Source: an uncultured bacterium (lineage in GTDB: Bacteria; Patescibacteriota; Gracilibacteria; Absconditabacterales; Absconditicoccaceae). Taken from it: a stretch of 64,000 nt of DNA. The notes beneath the pieces were generated by a model, which ran no database searches, was not told the origin of the DNA, and saw nothing but the letters and a program-made list of their open reading frames with translations. A program made the translations under genes and the position numbers. The DNA lies in contig CALMEO010000055.1 in assembly GCA_937862935.1 (NCBI GenBank), forward strand, positions 19,927 through 83,926, written 5' to 3'. Shown in pieces: positions 1 through 8,809 of the stretch. The stretch's first letter is position 1. Each line of letters begins with the position of its first letter.

Positions 1-1
1 T

Positions 2-694
2 GAACAGGCTTATGAAATATTAAGATACATTAGGAAAGGAGAGGAAGTAGGTTACAAAACTACTAGTACAGTCGAATTGCCAAAAGAATTTCAACCGCTT
101 TATACAGCTTCTTCTACTTCAATTTTTGCAAATAAAGTTAGAAAATATCTATATAACAGGGGTTTAACAGATAGGGATTTTTTAAAATACAACATAGGGT
201 ACTGTACTTCAGGAGAATACAGAGGAAGGGTCATTATACCTTCTTATGGTGAGCATAATCAATTAAATTTTTTTATTGGTAGAACTTTTGAAAATGCTTA
301 TCTTAGCTACAAAAATCCTGAAATATCTAAGGACATAATTATGTTTGAAAATCTTATAAACTGGGATAAACCGGTGATACTGGTTGAAGGAGTTTTTGAC
401 GCTATTGCAGTTAGGAGAAATGTAATACCAATTTTAGGGAAAACACTATCAAAATCGTTATTAAAGAAGTTAGTTGATGACAGGGTAAAGGATATTTACA
501 TTGCACTTGATAAAGATGCTTTTAAAAAAGCACTTGAATTTACAGAAAAGTTTATAAAAATGGGAAAAAGGGTTTACTTAGTCCAAATTCAAGATAAAGA
601 TCCAAGTGAAATGGGGTTTGTACACTTTACTCAATCTATTCAACAAGCTGAGGAAGTAACCTTAACGAAACTTCTTCAATATAAATTGTTATAG
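2..694 (+). CDS. DNA primase, TOPRIM domain; 5' end lies upstream of the window
   Basis: Frame is open from nt 2 (track ORF 77..694 begins at an internal TTG); LVEGVFDAIAV (TOPRIM Glu) and IALDKDAFKKA (DxD) motifs. Confidence 0.6.
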   Translation, partial: EQAYEILRYIRKGEEVGYKTTSTVELPKEFQPLYTASSTSIFANKVRKYLYNRGLTDRDFLKYNIGYCTSGEYRGRVIIPSYGEHNQLNFFIGRTFENAYLSYKNPEISKDIIMFENLINWDKPVILVEGVFDAIAVRRNVIPILGKTLSKSLLKKLVDDRVKDIYIALDKDAFKKALEFTEKFIKMGKRVYLVQIQDKDPSEMGFVHFTQSIQQAEEVTLTKLLQYKLL

Positions 695-695
695 A

Positions 696-1481
696 ATGAT
701 AAATAAAGGGACAAATATTTTAGCAGAACATGCAAAAAAAAGGTTATCATTTGATCCACAACTAAAACAGATAAATTTCCTTGATAGACGTGTGTATAAG
801 AGATCAGAAGGGGTTTATTACCCCTCTGTTACAACTATATTAGGTTATATGCCAAAAAATAGGTTTTTTGAAACATGGTTAAAAGATGTTGGACATAATG
901 CTGATTTAATAATGAAGAAAGCCGGTGAAGAAGGAACACAAACTCACAATGCAATTGAGGAACTGGTAATGGGTAAGGAAATTGAATGGATGGATGAATA
1001 TGGGAATGCAAAATACAGTGAAGTAGTATGGGGAATGATATTAAAATTTAAAGATTTTTGGGATCAAACCAAACCAAAGTTAATATTCTCAGAAGAGTTT
1101 ACCTTTTCAGATGAGTTTAAATATGCTGGTACTGCTGATTTGGTATTGGAAATTAACGGTGAAAATTGGTTAATCGATACAAAGACTTCGAACAGTCTTC
1201 ACAAGTCCTACGATCTGCAACTTGCAGCATATGCAAAAGCATTTAGAGAAACAAAGGGGATTAATATTGATAGAACAGGTATCTTATGGTTAAAATCATC
1301 AAAAAGAGGTCCAAGTAGAGGAGAGGGTATTCAAGGTAAAGGATGGGAATTAAAAGTAGTGGATAATGTTGACAGTAACTTTGAATTATTTAAAACAGTC
1401 TACAAAATGTATGAGATGGAAAATCCCATTACAGAACCTATCTACAATTCGTATCCTACTTCAGTATCTTTATCTCTGTAG
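696..1481 (+). CDS. PD-(D/E)XK nuclease, RecB/Cas4-like
   Basis: GTADLV...WLIDTKTS (D..D-x-K core) followed by DLQLAAY (QxxxY) motif typical of RecB-family nucleases. Confidence 0.6.
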   Translation: MINKGTNILAEHAKKRLSFDPQLKQINFLDRRVYKRSEGVYYPSVTTILGYMPKNRFFETWLKDVGHNADLIMKKAGEEGTQTHNAIEELVMGKEIEWMDEYGNAKYSEVVWGMILKFKDFWDQTKPKLIFSEEFTFSDEFKYAGTADLVLEINGENWLIDTKTSNSLHKSYDLQLAAYAKAFRETKGINIDRTGILWLKSSKRGPSRGEGIQGKGWELKVVDNVDSNFELFKTVYKMYEMENPITEPIYNSYPTSVSLSL

Positions 1482-1485
1482 ATAA

Positions 1486-1493
1486 CTATTTAT
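1486..1493 (+). promoter_or_regulatory. CTATTTAT box
   Basis: 20 nt upstream of ATG 1513. Confidence 0.5.
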
Positions 1494-1512
1494 ATTATAT
1501 AAATATAGTATC

Positions 1513-2202
1513 ATGAAGGATTTAGATAAGATTATGTTGGATAAGGTGGATAAAGTTATAAACAGTAGTTTTACATTTGAAACTTTAAAAAGTTTAATAC
1601 AAGAAGGATCTTCTGGGACACCTATTGTAGTAACATCTACATTACCATCGAAAGACCGTACAGATTTAGAACATTTGTTCTACAAAATTAAAGACAGTAT
1701 AGATCCTAAGAAGTATGTGATGGACTTTCTACAGAATAAAATTGTTATACAGTTAGCAAGAGGTTTACCTGGGTATGATGACACTCCAAATCAAAATCAA
1801 ATAATGACAGAAGAACTTAATACCTCAGAATTACTTAAACAGTTAGACGGTATTTTAATGTTTATGATTGAAAAGGGAGCAAATGTTGAACCTTTACCTA
1901 AAGTTAGATTTGTACAAGATGAAACAGAGGCCAATAGTTTCTTTGGAAAAACAGCCTACTACTCTCCCGAAGATCAAGTAATTACACTGTTTACGTTAAA
2001 CCGACATCCCAAGGATATCGGGAGGTCTTTCACACATGAAATGATTCACCACATACAAAATATAGAAGGTAGAATCGGGAAAGGAACAATTACAACCACT
2101 AATACAAATGAGGATGAATATCTTCAGGAATTGGAAGATGAAGCTTACCTTATGGGTAATAGATACTTTAGAAATTATACAGATAGTGTGAACCAAAGGT
2201 AG
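1513..2202 (+). CDS. putative minimal Zn-metallopeptidase (HExxH plus downstream Glu)
   Basis: HEMIHHIQ then ELEDEAY about 25 aa downstream; CTATTTAT box upstream. Confidence 0.45.
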   Translation: MKDLDKIMLDKVDKVINSSFTFETLKSLIQEGSSGTPIVVTSTLPSKDRTDLEHLFYKIKDSIDPKKYVMDFLQNKIVIQLARGLPGYDDTPNQNQIMTEELNTSELLKQLDGILMFMIEKGANVEPLPKVRFVQDETEANSFFGKTAYYSPEDQVITLFTLNRHPKDIGRSFTHEMIHHIQNIEGRIGKGTITTTNTNEDEYLQELEDEAYLMGNRYFRNYTDSVNQR

Positions 2203-2204
2203 AT

Positions 2205-2576
2205 ATGAAAAAGAAGGAAGTTTTAGAACTTTCAACTCAGTATTTAGATAAGGTGATAAAACATTACGGAGAAAGTAAATTTTATTCCACAACACCTTAT
2301 CTGAGTGTAGAAAACAGCAAATACAGTGATACGCAAGACTCTTATACAAAAGGAGAATTTTGTCATGTATTAAATGAAATAACAATATATTGGAAAAATA
2401 TTTTATCTGAAGAAGAGCTTTTCCGTACACTTATCCACGAATATGTACATTATCTTCAGTCACCAACGTGGATGACACGGTATTACAAGAAAGGGTACAG
2501 GTATGACACACACCCATATGAGGTACAGGCATATAGAGAAGAACAAAATTGGAAAATAATAAGTTATGCAACATAG
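2205..2576 (+). CDS. putative minimal Zn-metallopeptidase, paralogue of preceding ORF
   Basis: HEYVHYLQ then YEVQAY about 25 aa downstream; same HExxHxxQ...ExxAY pattern as ORF 1513..2202. Confidence 0.45.
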   Translation: MKKKEVLELSTQYLDKVIKHYGESKFYSTTPYLSVENSKYSDTQDSYTKGEFCHVLNEITIYWKNILSEEELFRTLIHEYVHYLQSPTWMTRYYKKGYRYDTHPYEVQAYREEQNWKIISYAT

Positions 2577-3162
2577 ATTAGTAGATTTACTTTTGGAAGA
2601 AGAAGACCTTTTACCTCAATATCAAATTTATTGTGATATGGATGGAGTACTTACAAATTTTGAAAAAAGGTTTGTTGAGATGTTACAAAAAGAGGGTCTA
2701 AAGTATTACTCAAAAGAGATTATAAAACAGGTAACTAGACCTAAACATTTTGAAGCTATAGAAGGGACAATTGAATTTTGGAAGTTCATAGATCAACATG
2801 TTGGGTTAGAATTTTGGACAGGTATGGAATGGATGCCAAATGGTAAAAGACTTTGGGAGTTTATTCAACCGTATCAACCTAAAATCCTCTCTTCTCCTTC
2901 AAGAGAAAATACTTCAAGATTAGGTAAGAGACTATGGGTTAAAAATCATATTACAGAAATTTACGATACATTCTTAGCACCTGAAGTAATCTTCAAGTAT
3001 AGTAAGGAGAAAGCTGAGTTTGCTAATCCAAAAGCAATTTTAATAGATGATAAACCTTCTAACTTAGAAGCTTGGTCAACTAAGGGAGGAATTGCATTTG
3101 AGTGCAAAGATGGAGAGATAGATTCAATTATAAATCAGTTAAAAGAGTTAGGGTATGAGTGA
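2566..3162 (+). CDS. HAD-family 5'(3')-deoxyribonucleotidase-like protein
   Basis: N-terminal YCDMDGVL (DxDxV HAD motif I), about 200 aa. Confidence 0.5.
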   Translation: MQHRLVDLLLEEEDLLPQYQIYCDMDGVLTNFEKRFVEMLQKEGLKYYSKEIIKQVTRPKHFEAIEGTIEFWKFIDQHVGLEFWTGMEWMPNGKRLWEFIQPYQPKILSSPSRENTSRLGKRLWVKNHITEIYDTFLAPEVIFKYSKEKAEFANPKAILIDDKPSNLEAWSTKGGIAFECKDGEIDSIINQLKELGYE

Positions 3163-3739
3163 TAGTTTCCTTAAAAAGGAGTTTAAATCAAGAGATGTAG
3201 AAAGGGTAAGAAACCTGATCAAGAAGGATTTCTCTGCAAAAACTACCTCAGGTACAGGTTACGAAAAGTCACACGAAATTCACAGAGAGGGTGATACGTG
3301 GGAAGAAAATGGAAGAACTTGGACAATTAAAGATGGTCTTAAACAAAATATTACAAAGTTAGATGCTGCTAAAAAAGTACTACAGGTACCTTTAAAATGT
3401 CCAAAATGTGGAGGAACCATGAATTACCACCTTCATCGGAAAATGTATAAGATTCATAAAATGTGTTTTGACTGTGTAATTGAGTATGAGGGAATGTTAA
3501 GAGTTCTTGGACTTTATGAACAGTATGAGAAATCTATGATTGTAGGAGGGGTAAAAGCTTTTATGAGGGATATTGAACAGTGGGTAATGGACGGAATCAG
3601 TAATAAAGGAAGCTATGTTACAGAACAGGGAGATATCGAAGAGTGGAAACATAATGACGAAGCCTTTAAGAAAAAAGCTACAGAAAATCTACAACAGTTT
3701 TTACTTCATATGAAAAAGTATACTGAGGAGAAAAGTTGA
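3155..3739 (+). CDS. hypothetical protein with zinc ribbon
   Basis: CPKCGG...CFDC pair of CxxC motifs. Confidence 0.6.
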   Translation: MSDSFLKKEFKSRDVERVRNLIKKDFSAKTTSGTGYEKSHEIHREGDTWEENGRTWTIKDGLKQNITKLDAAKKVLQVPLKCPKCGGTMNYHLHRKMYKIHKMCFDCVIEYEGMLRVLGLYEQYEKSMIVGGVKAFMRDIEQWVMDGISNKGSYVTEQGDIEEWKHNDEAFKKKATENLQQFLLHMKKYTEEKS

Positions 3740-3747
3740 CTATTTAT
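3740..3747 (+). promoter_or_regulatory. CTATTTAT box
   Basis: 15 nt upstream of ATG 3762. Confidence 0.45.
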
Positions 3748-3761
3748 AAAAAATCATAAAC

Positions 3762-3908
3762 ATGTCTAAGTTCAAAACCTCAACATCAACAACTACAACA
3801 CTTGGTAAATCGAAAGTCTCTAGACCGAATATACACGCAAAATGTAAAACATCAAAACTAAAGAGTTCTAAAAACTATAAAAAATTATACCGTGGACAAG
3901 GAAAATGA
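3762..3908 (+). CDS. small highly basic protein (48 aa), not in ORF track
   Basis: ATG 15 nt downstream of a CTATTTAT box; MSKFKTSTSTTTTLGKSKVSRPNIHAKCKTSKLKSSKNYKKLYRGQGK. Confidence 0.35.
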   Translation: MSKFKTSTSTTTTLGKSKVSRPNIHAKCKTSKLKSSKNYKKLYRGQGK

Positions 3909-4269
3909 TACATCAAGCTTAGTTTACATACTGAAAGAGATGTTAAATGAAACTTCTGCTACGGAAGAGGTAACTGTTAATTTCGAATATTTTAAAGATC
4001 TCAATTCAGTTGTAGCTTTTGTAGGTAAGATAAAAGTAGGAGCACTTCGTATTAAGCCGTATAAAGAAGGATTTCAAGTAGACTCTGTTACTGTTTCTCC
4101 CCCTTATAGACAGTTAGGGATAGGGAAAGAAATGTATAGAGTTGCATTTGAGACATTAGGTTCACTTTACTCTGATACATATCAAACACCTGATGCAAAA
4201 AGAATCTGGGATAGTTTTAGTCACTCAGGAGAAGCTGTTAAGGTAGGTCAAAGATATAAGATGATATAA
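3892..4269 (+). CDS. GNAT-family N-acetyltransferase (start uncertain, GTG 3892 or ATG 3940)
   Basis: RQLGIGKEMY matches the GNAT acetyl-CoA motif A (Q/RxxGxG/A). Confidence 0.5.
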   Translation: MDKENDTSSLVYILKEMLNETSATEEVTVNFEYFKDLNSVVAFVGKIKVGALRIKPYKEGFQVDSVTVSPPYRQLGIGKEMYRVAFETLGSLYSDTYQTPDAKRIWDSFSHSGEAVKVGQRYKMI

Positions 4270-4276
4270 AACTCTA

Positions 4277-4284
4277 CTATTTAT
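4277..4284 (+). promoter_or_regulatory. CTATTTAT box
   Basis: 18 nt upstream of ATG 4302. Confidence 0.5.
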
Positions 4285-4301
4285 TGTTATAGTTAAGATA
4301 C

Positions 4302-5891
4302 ATGAAATCAAAAAACATACCTACAAGTAAACTAAGTAAAGTTGAAAAAGCTTTAAAAACTCTTTTGGAGAGTCATAATAGTAAAAAACCTGAAGTTAAA
4401 AAAGCTATTAATAAACTAACTAATGTAAGAACATCATTAAAGGAAACCTCACTTACTACAGCTACAATCAATCAAAAAGATCCAAGAAAAGAAGATACTA
4501 TTCTAAATGTTGACCCTGCAGATCAATCTACACTCAATACTTTAAAAAGTATGAAGAACACTGCAGATATTACTGTAGCAGGTAGAAGGTTGGAAGAACA
4601 GGATGGAAGATCTTATACATCGGAAGAAGCGGAAGCAGTTGGAAAGGCTTTATTAAAACCTCTTATAACTGCTACAAGAGATACACAAGGTGAAATTGGT
4701 GAAGAACCTACAGTAACTGGTGAAACAAATAAATTCAGTATTCATCTTGTTTATGGGCATGATGGTGGTGAAGATATTTTTCACTTTACTTTAGAAGCAC
4801 CTACAGGAGAAGAAACAACTTCAGGTAAAGTTTACATGGATTTAAAAAGTGGGAAAGAAGAAGTAGTCTCATTTGAAGTTACAGAAGCTAACGAAGTTAA
4901 GTTTAATCCCCAAGTAAATTTAGAAGAAAGATTAAAGGATTTACTTGTAAAATATACTGCAGCAAACACAAAGGAACCAAGGGATATCGATAACTTCATT
5001 GCAGAGAGAAAACAAGCTTTAAGAGAAAGCTTTGGACAAGAAAGTATTGATGAGGTTAAAGGTAATTTTACAATTCAAGGCCTAGGTAATTTTGAATTTG
5101 TTAAGATGGAAGACGGATTCGTTACAGGATCTCAAAAAGGAACTATCAAAACTTTTAGAAAAGAAAAAGTACAACAGGATAATCCAGACTTCTTTAAACC
5201 AGCACCAAGAGCTCCTAGACCACCACGAGCACCAAAACCTCCTAAAATGTCAGAAAAGGAATATTGGAATTTACTACAAGGAGCTGTAGATGATGAAGGT
5301 ACAAATAGATATGCTCATGATATGGCAGAATCTATGATACTTGACGATAGATTAGTTCGTTACTTAAAAAGTGAATACCCTGATTTAAGAACACCAGAAG
5401 ATTTCTTAGAAAGATTACAATGGGATTTAGAAGCATGTGAACCAGAAGGAGAAAATGCATACGGATATGACGATGATGAGGATGAAATAGTACCAGAAGT
5501 AACAAAACATGTGGGAGACAAGTATGTTAATTACCCTGAGCATGGAGGTAAAAGATTAGGTACTTTTGATACTAAATCAGCAGCTCAAAAACAGTTAGCA
5601 GCTATTGAAATCAGCAAACATAAAAACGAATCGGTAGATGAAGATTTTGACATTGGTCACGAAGATAATGAGCCTCACATGTTGAAAGCTGAACTTTACA
5701 AAGTAGCTACTGCATCTGCAGAACTGTACAAAATGTTAAGTACGTACGAAGGAAAAGGTGAAGTTGATTTTCCACAATGGTGGCAAACTAAAATAATTCA
5801 AGCAGCAGAAAACATTAAATGTGCAAAAGAGTATTTAGAATTTGAAACTGTTGAACCGCAAGTAGATGCTGCAATTAATACACTAGGTTAA
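4302..5891 (+). CDS. hypothetical protein with Pro/Arg-rich linker
   Basis: 529-aa ORF, PAPRAPRPPRAPKPPK segment, CTATTTAT box upstream. Confidence 0.7.
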   Translation: MKSKNIPTSKLSKVEKALKTLLESHNSKKPEVKKAINKLTNVRTSLKETSLTTATINQKDPRKEDTILNVDPADQSTLNTLKSMKNTADITVAGRRLEEQDGRSYTSEEAEAVGKALLKPLITATRDTQGEIGEEPTVTGETNKFSIHLVYGHDGGEDIFHFTLEAPTGEETTSGKVYMDLKSGKEEVVSFEVTEANEVKFNPQVNLEERLKDLLVKYTAANTKEPRDIDNFIAERKQALRESFGQESIDEVKGNFTIQGLGNFEFVKMEDGFVTGSQKGTIKTFRKEKVQQDNPDFFKPAPRAPRPPRAPKPPKMSEKEYWNLLQGAVDDEGTNRYAHDMAESMILDDRLVRYLKSEYPDLRTPEDFLERLQWDLEACEPEGENAYGYDDDEDEIVPEVTKHVGDKYVNYPEHGGKRLGTFDTKSAAQKQLAAIEISKHKNESVDEDFDIGHEDNEPHMLKAELYKVATASAELYKMLSTYEGKGEVDFPQWWQTKIIQAAENIKCAKEYLEFETVEPQVDAAINTLG

Positions 5892-6565
5892 TGAAAAGAA
5901 CAGAAATACATCAACTTATGTTGGAAGCTTATTTGGAAGTTCTACAAGAACAGGGTCAAATACCGACAGAGGAAGTTCCAACACAAGAACCTAAACCGGC
6001 AGTTTTACCAAAGCCGGAAAAGAAACCTATCCCACAAGAAGTTAAAAGAGCTTTAGGGAAAGTTGTAGACTCTTTATTTGGTTCATCACACTTGGAGTTT
6101 ATAGAAAAAATTCAACTAGTTGTACCAAACCCTTCAGAATTCCAAGTATTTTTGAAAAATGGACAATCTTTCTACCTTAAGTGGATGGGAAAATCTCCTG
6201 ATTATGATACGAGAGTTAAGTTTGCAGATGTACCACCACCAAATAGACAAGGAGCATTTCAAGCTGAAATAGAAGGGAAAAGATATTTTCTAGGTTCATT
6301 ACCTCAATATGAACAGGCTTTAGATAGGTTAGGAGACCTGCTTAAAAATGGTCCGATATCAACAGGTCAAGAAGGAGGTGAATTTGGAGCACCAGCACCA
6401 GAAGGTGGAGTTGGAGGAGGTGGAGCTGAATTCCCCGGAGGTGAAGGAGGATCTGCTGCAACAGATTTTGGAGCACCAGCACCAGAAGGTGGAGAAACCC
6501 CAGGAGAAGAGGAATTTGAAACACCGGAAACAGGACCAGGAGAAGAAGCTCCTACATCGCTTTAA
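5891..6565 (+). CDS. hypothetical protein with Gly/Pro/Glu low-complexity C-terminus
   Basis: ATGA start-stop overlap with the previous ORF; FGAPAPEGG repeated twice. Confidence 0.65.
   Translation: MKRTEIHQLMLEAYLEVLQEQGQIPTEEVPTQEPKPAVLPKPEKKPIPQEVKRALGKVVDSLFGSSHLEFIEKIQLVVPNPSEFQVFLKNGQSFYLKWMGKSPDYDTRVKFADVPPPNRQGAFQAEIEGKRYFLGSLPQYEQALDRLGDLLKNGPISTGQEGGEFGAPAPEGGVGGGGAEFPGGEGGSAATDFGAPAPEGGETPGEEEFETPETGPGEEAPTSL
6383..6494 (+). repeat. 28-bp perfect direct repeat, 2 copies (6383..6410 and 6467..6494)
   Basis: TTTGGAGCACCAGCACCAGAAGGTGGAG, encoding FGAPAPEGG. Confidence 0.85.
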
Positions 6566-6601
6566 GAATTCAGTAATATTTATACAAAAGTAACACCTAC
6601 A

Positions 6602-7858
6602 ATGAAAGATAATTTCGATTTAAAAAAGTTCTTATTTGAGAACAAATTAACAGCAGGTTCACGTCAACTGACAGAAGAAGTTAGTGAAGATGTCTGGAAG
6701 AGACTAGATGCTGCAATTGCAGAAGATGATGGAGAAGCTATGAAAGCTATCGCATTAGAACTGTTAGGAAAAGCTGGCAACTGGGCTAAGGAAAAAGTGA
6801 AACAAGGAGCTGAATGGAGTAAACAAAAGCTTATGAAAGCACACGGTATTACCGATGATGACCTAAATGAAGCTTTTAACCCTAAATCTAAACTTGCTGA
6901 AGTAATCGCTCAAGCTTGGGCAGAGAAAGACCTAGAAAAAGCTAAACAAATTATCCGTGATCTAATTGAACCGTCTAGAGTAAAAGCTAAAGACGACATT
7001 TTAAGAAACATGGAACCAATTCAATCAAAAGCTAAATTTGATTACTACCTTGCAAATTCACTCCTAAAATTTGAAGGGTTAGGTTTAAATGAAACAACAG
7101 AAACAACAAAAATAACAGAATCAACAATGACTGAAAGAGAACAATACATAGTTAGTTTAGTTGAAAATGCTCTAGGACTTGAGGGTTACGGAGATGACAA
7201 CGTAATCAATAAACTTGAAAAAAGAAATCAAGAACCTCCAGTAGAGCAACCTACTTACTCAGAAGGAGATGAAATGGTAAAAGAAAATCCACTTCCAGAG
7301 TACAACACTATTGAAGAGTTGATGAAGGATATCGAAGAGGGGACAAACAAAACTGCTTTAGAGTATAGAATGAAAAGAACTAAAGAACTGTACGAAGCTT
7401 TAGATGAACAGTTAAAATCTTTAGAAGAAGGTGAACACGCTAAACATATTGATAAGAAACATACAAAGAAAATGCGTTCTGATTCAGCTCAATTGAGAAA
7501 ATATGAAGCTAAGTTGATTAAAGAGTACGAAAGAAAGTACGAGAAAAAAGCTACTAAAAAAGCAGCTTCTAAAAAAGAAGAAGTTCCAATGGAAGAAATT
7601 GCAGTAAACGAATCTAAAACAAACAAAATGGAAAAACAATTCGACTTAAAAAAGTTCTTAGTAGAGAATAAATTAACTTCTAACTCTAGAAGTTTAAATG
7701 AATCTGAAGAAAATTACAAAGACCAAATTCAAAGTGTTGTCAATGGATTTGTTGAAGAACTTAACTCAGTTGAGGCTTCAATGTATGACAGAGAAACGGC
7801 TTTAGCATGGTGTGATGATGCAATTGCTGAGATCTATAGTTTACAAGAAACACTTTAG
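6602..7858 (+). CDS. hypothetical protein carrying the FDLKKFLxENKLT leader motif twice
   Basis: Motif at aa 5-25 and again near aa 344; Lys/Glu-rich coiled-coil-like middle; terminator downstream. Confidence 0.7.
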   Translation: MKDNFDLKKFLFENKLTAGSRQLTEEVSEDVWKRLDAAIAEDDGEAMKAIALELLGKAGNWAKEKVKQGAEWSKQKLMKAHGITDDDLNEAFNPKSKLAEVIAQAWAEKDLEKAKQIIRDLIEPSRVKAKDDILRNMEPIQSKAKFDYYLANSLLKFEGLGLNETTETTKITESTMTEREQYIVSLVENALGLEGYGDDNVINKLEKRNQEPPVEQPTYSEGDEMVKENPLPEYNTIEELMKDIEEGTNKTALEYRMKRTKELYEALDEQLKSLEEGEHAKHIDKKHTKKMRSDSAQLRKYEAKLIKEYERKYEKKATKKAASKKEEVPMEEIAVNESKTNKMEKQFDLKKFLVENKLTSNSRSLNESEENYKDQIQSVVNGFVEELNSVEASMYDRETALAWCDDAIAEIYSLQETL

Positions 7859-7882
7859 TAACATACCTCCTATATAATGTAG

Positions 7883-7911
7883 AAGCCCATTATTAGATGG
7901 GTTTTCTTTTT
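7883..7911 (+). terminator. rho-independent terminator
   Basis: AAGCCCAT-TATTAG-ATGGGTTT stem-loop followed by TCTTTTT. Confidence 0.7.
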
Positions 7912-7916
7912 AGACT

Positions 7917-7924
7917 CTATTTAT
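7917..7924 (+). promoter_or_regulatory. CTATTTAT box
   Basis: 20 nt upstream of the terL ATG 7944, just after a terminator. Confidence 0.55.
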
Positions 7925-7925
7925 T

Positions 7926-7943
7926 AGTATATAATTATATACT
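7926..7943. repeat. 18-bp perfect palindrome abutting the terL start codon
   Basis: AGTATATAATTATATACT. Confidence 0.85.
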
Positions 7944-8774
7944 ATGAGTCAACCAGACGTAAAACAGTTGATAGCTCAAGAATATGTAAAGTGTGCTAAG
8001 GACCCGGCGTACTTTATGAGAAAATATTGCTATATTCAACATCCAACTAGAGGTAGAATTCTCTTTGGATTGTACCCTTTTCAAGAAGGGGTTCTACATT
8101 TATTTAGGGATCACAAATACATTATTACCTTAAAATCTAGACAGTTAGGGATTTCAACATTAGCAGCAGGATATGCACTATGGTTAATGTTATTTCACAA
8201 AGATAAAACAATCCTTACGTTAGCTATTACTCAAGCAACAGCTAGAAACCTTGTAACTAAAACAATTTTCATGTACGAAAATTTACCAAAATGGTTACAG
8301 TTACCTTTTCAAGAAAAAAACAAACTATCGTTAAGATTAACAAACGGATCTAAAATTACAGCTAAATCATCTAACCCAGATGCTGCACGTTCAGAAGCGG
8401 TATCACTACTTTTAATAGACGAGGCTGCTTTCATTGAAAACATTGAAGAAACTTATACAGCTGCTCAACAAACGTTAGCTACAGGGGGACAATGTATGGC
8501 ACTTTCTACACCTAACGGTATTGGTAACTGGTTTCATAAAACATGGGTGGATGCTGAATCAGGAGATAACGGTTTCATACCTGTTAAGTTACCTTGGACA
8601 GTTCACCCAGAAAGAGATCAGTCATGGAGAGATGAACAGGATAAAAAACTTGGAGTAAGAGCAGCAGCACAGGAATGTGATTGTCTCTGGGGGGATACCA
8701 TAGTTACCGTTAGGTATAACGAAACAGGGGAAATTATGGAAATGACACTTGAAGAGCTTTATAAACTTTTATAA
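7944..8774 (+). CDS. terL: terminase large subunit, N-terminal ATPase part fused to a 30-aa N-intein fragment
   Basis: KSRQLGIST (Walker A-like) and LLLIDEAAF (Walker B); ends ...AAQECD|CLWGDTIVTV...KLL*, an intein block A signature. Confidence 0.85.
   Translation: MSQPDVKQLIAQEYVKCAKDPAYFMRKYCYIQHPTRGRILFGLYPFQEGVLHLFRDHKYIITLKSRQLGISTLAAGYALWLMLFHKDKTILTLAITQATARNLVTKTIFMYENLPKWLQLPFQEKNKLSLRLTNGSKITAKSSNPDAARSEAVSLLLIDEAAFIENIEETYTAAQQTLATGGQCMALSTPNGIGNWFHKTWVDAESGDNGFIPVKLPWTVHPERDQSWRDEQDKKLGVRAAAQECDCLWGDTIVTVRYNETGEIMEMTLEELYKLL
8682..8771 (+). mobile_element. split intein N-fragment (IntN, 30 aa)
   Basis: CLWGDTIVTVRYNETGEIMEMTLEELYKLL; Cys1 plus the xxDT motif; resembles the short IntN of AceL-TerL-type atypical split inteins. 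Confidence 0.75.
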
Positions 8775-8775
8775 G

Positions 8776-8808
8776 AATGTGACTATTTATTGTAAAGACA
8801 GTCACATT
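8776..8808 (+). promoter_or_regulatory. hairpin enclosing the promoter box; 3' arm abuts the endonuclease ATG
   Basis: AATGTGACT (8776..8784) pairs with AGTCACATT (8800..8808), 9 bp; ATG at 8810. Confidence 0.5.
8783..8790 (+). promoter_or_regulatory. CTATTTAT box inside a hairpin loop
   Basis: 20 nt upstream of ATG 8810. Confidence 0.5.
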
Positions 8809-8809
8809 T

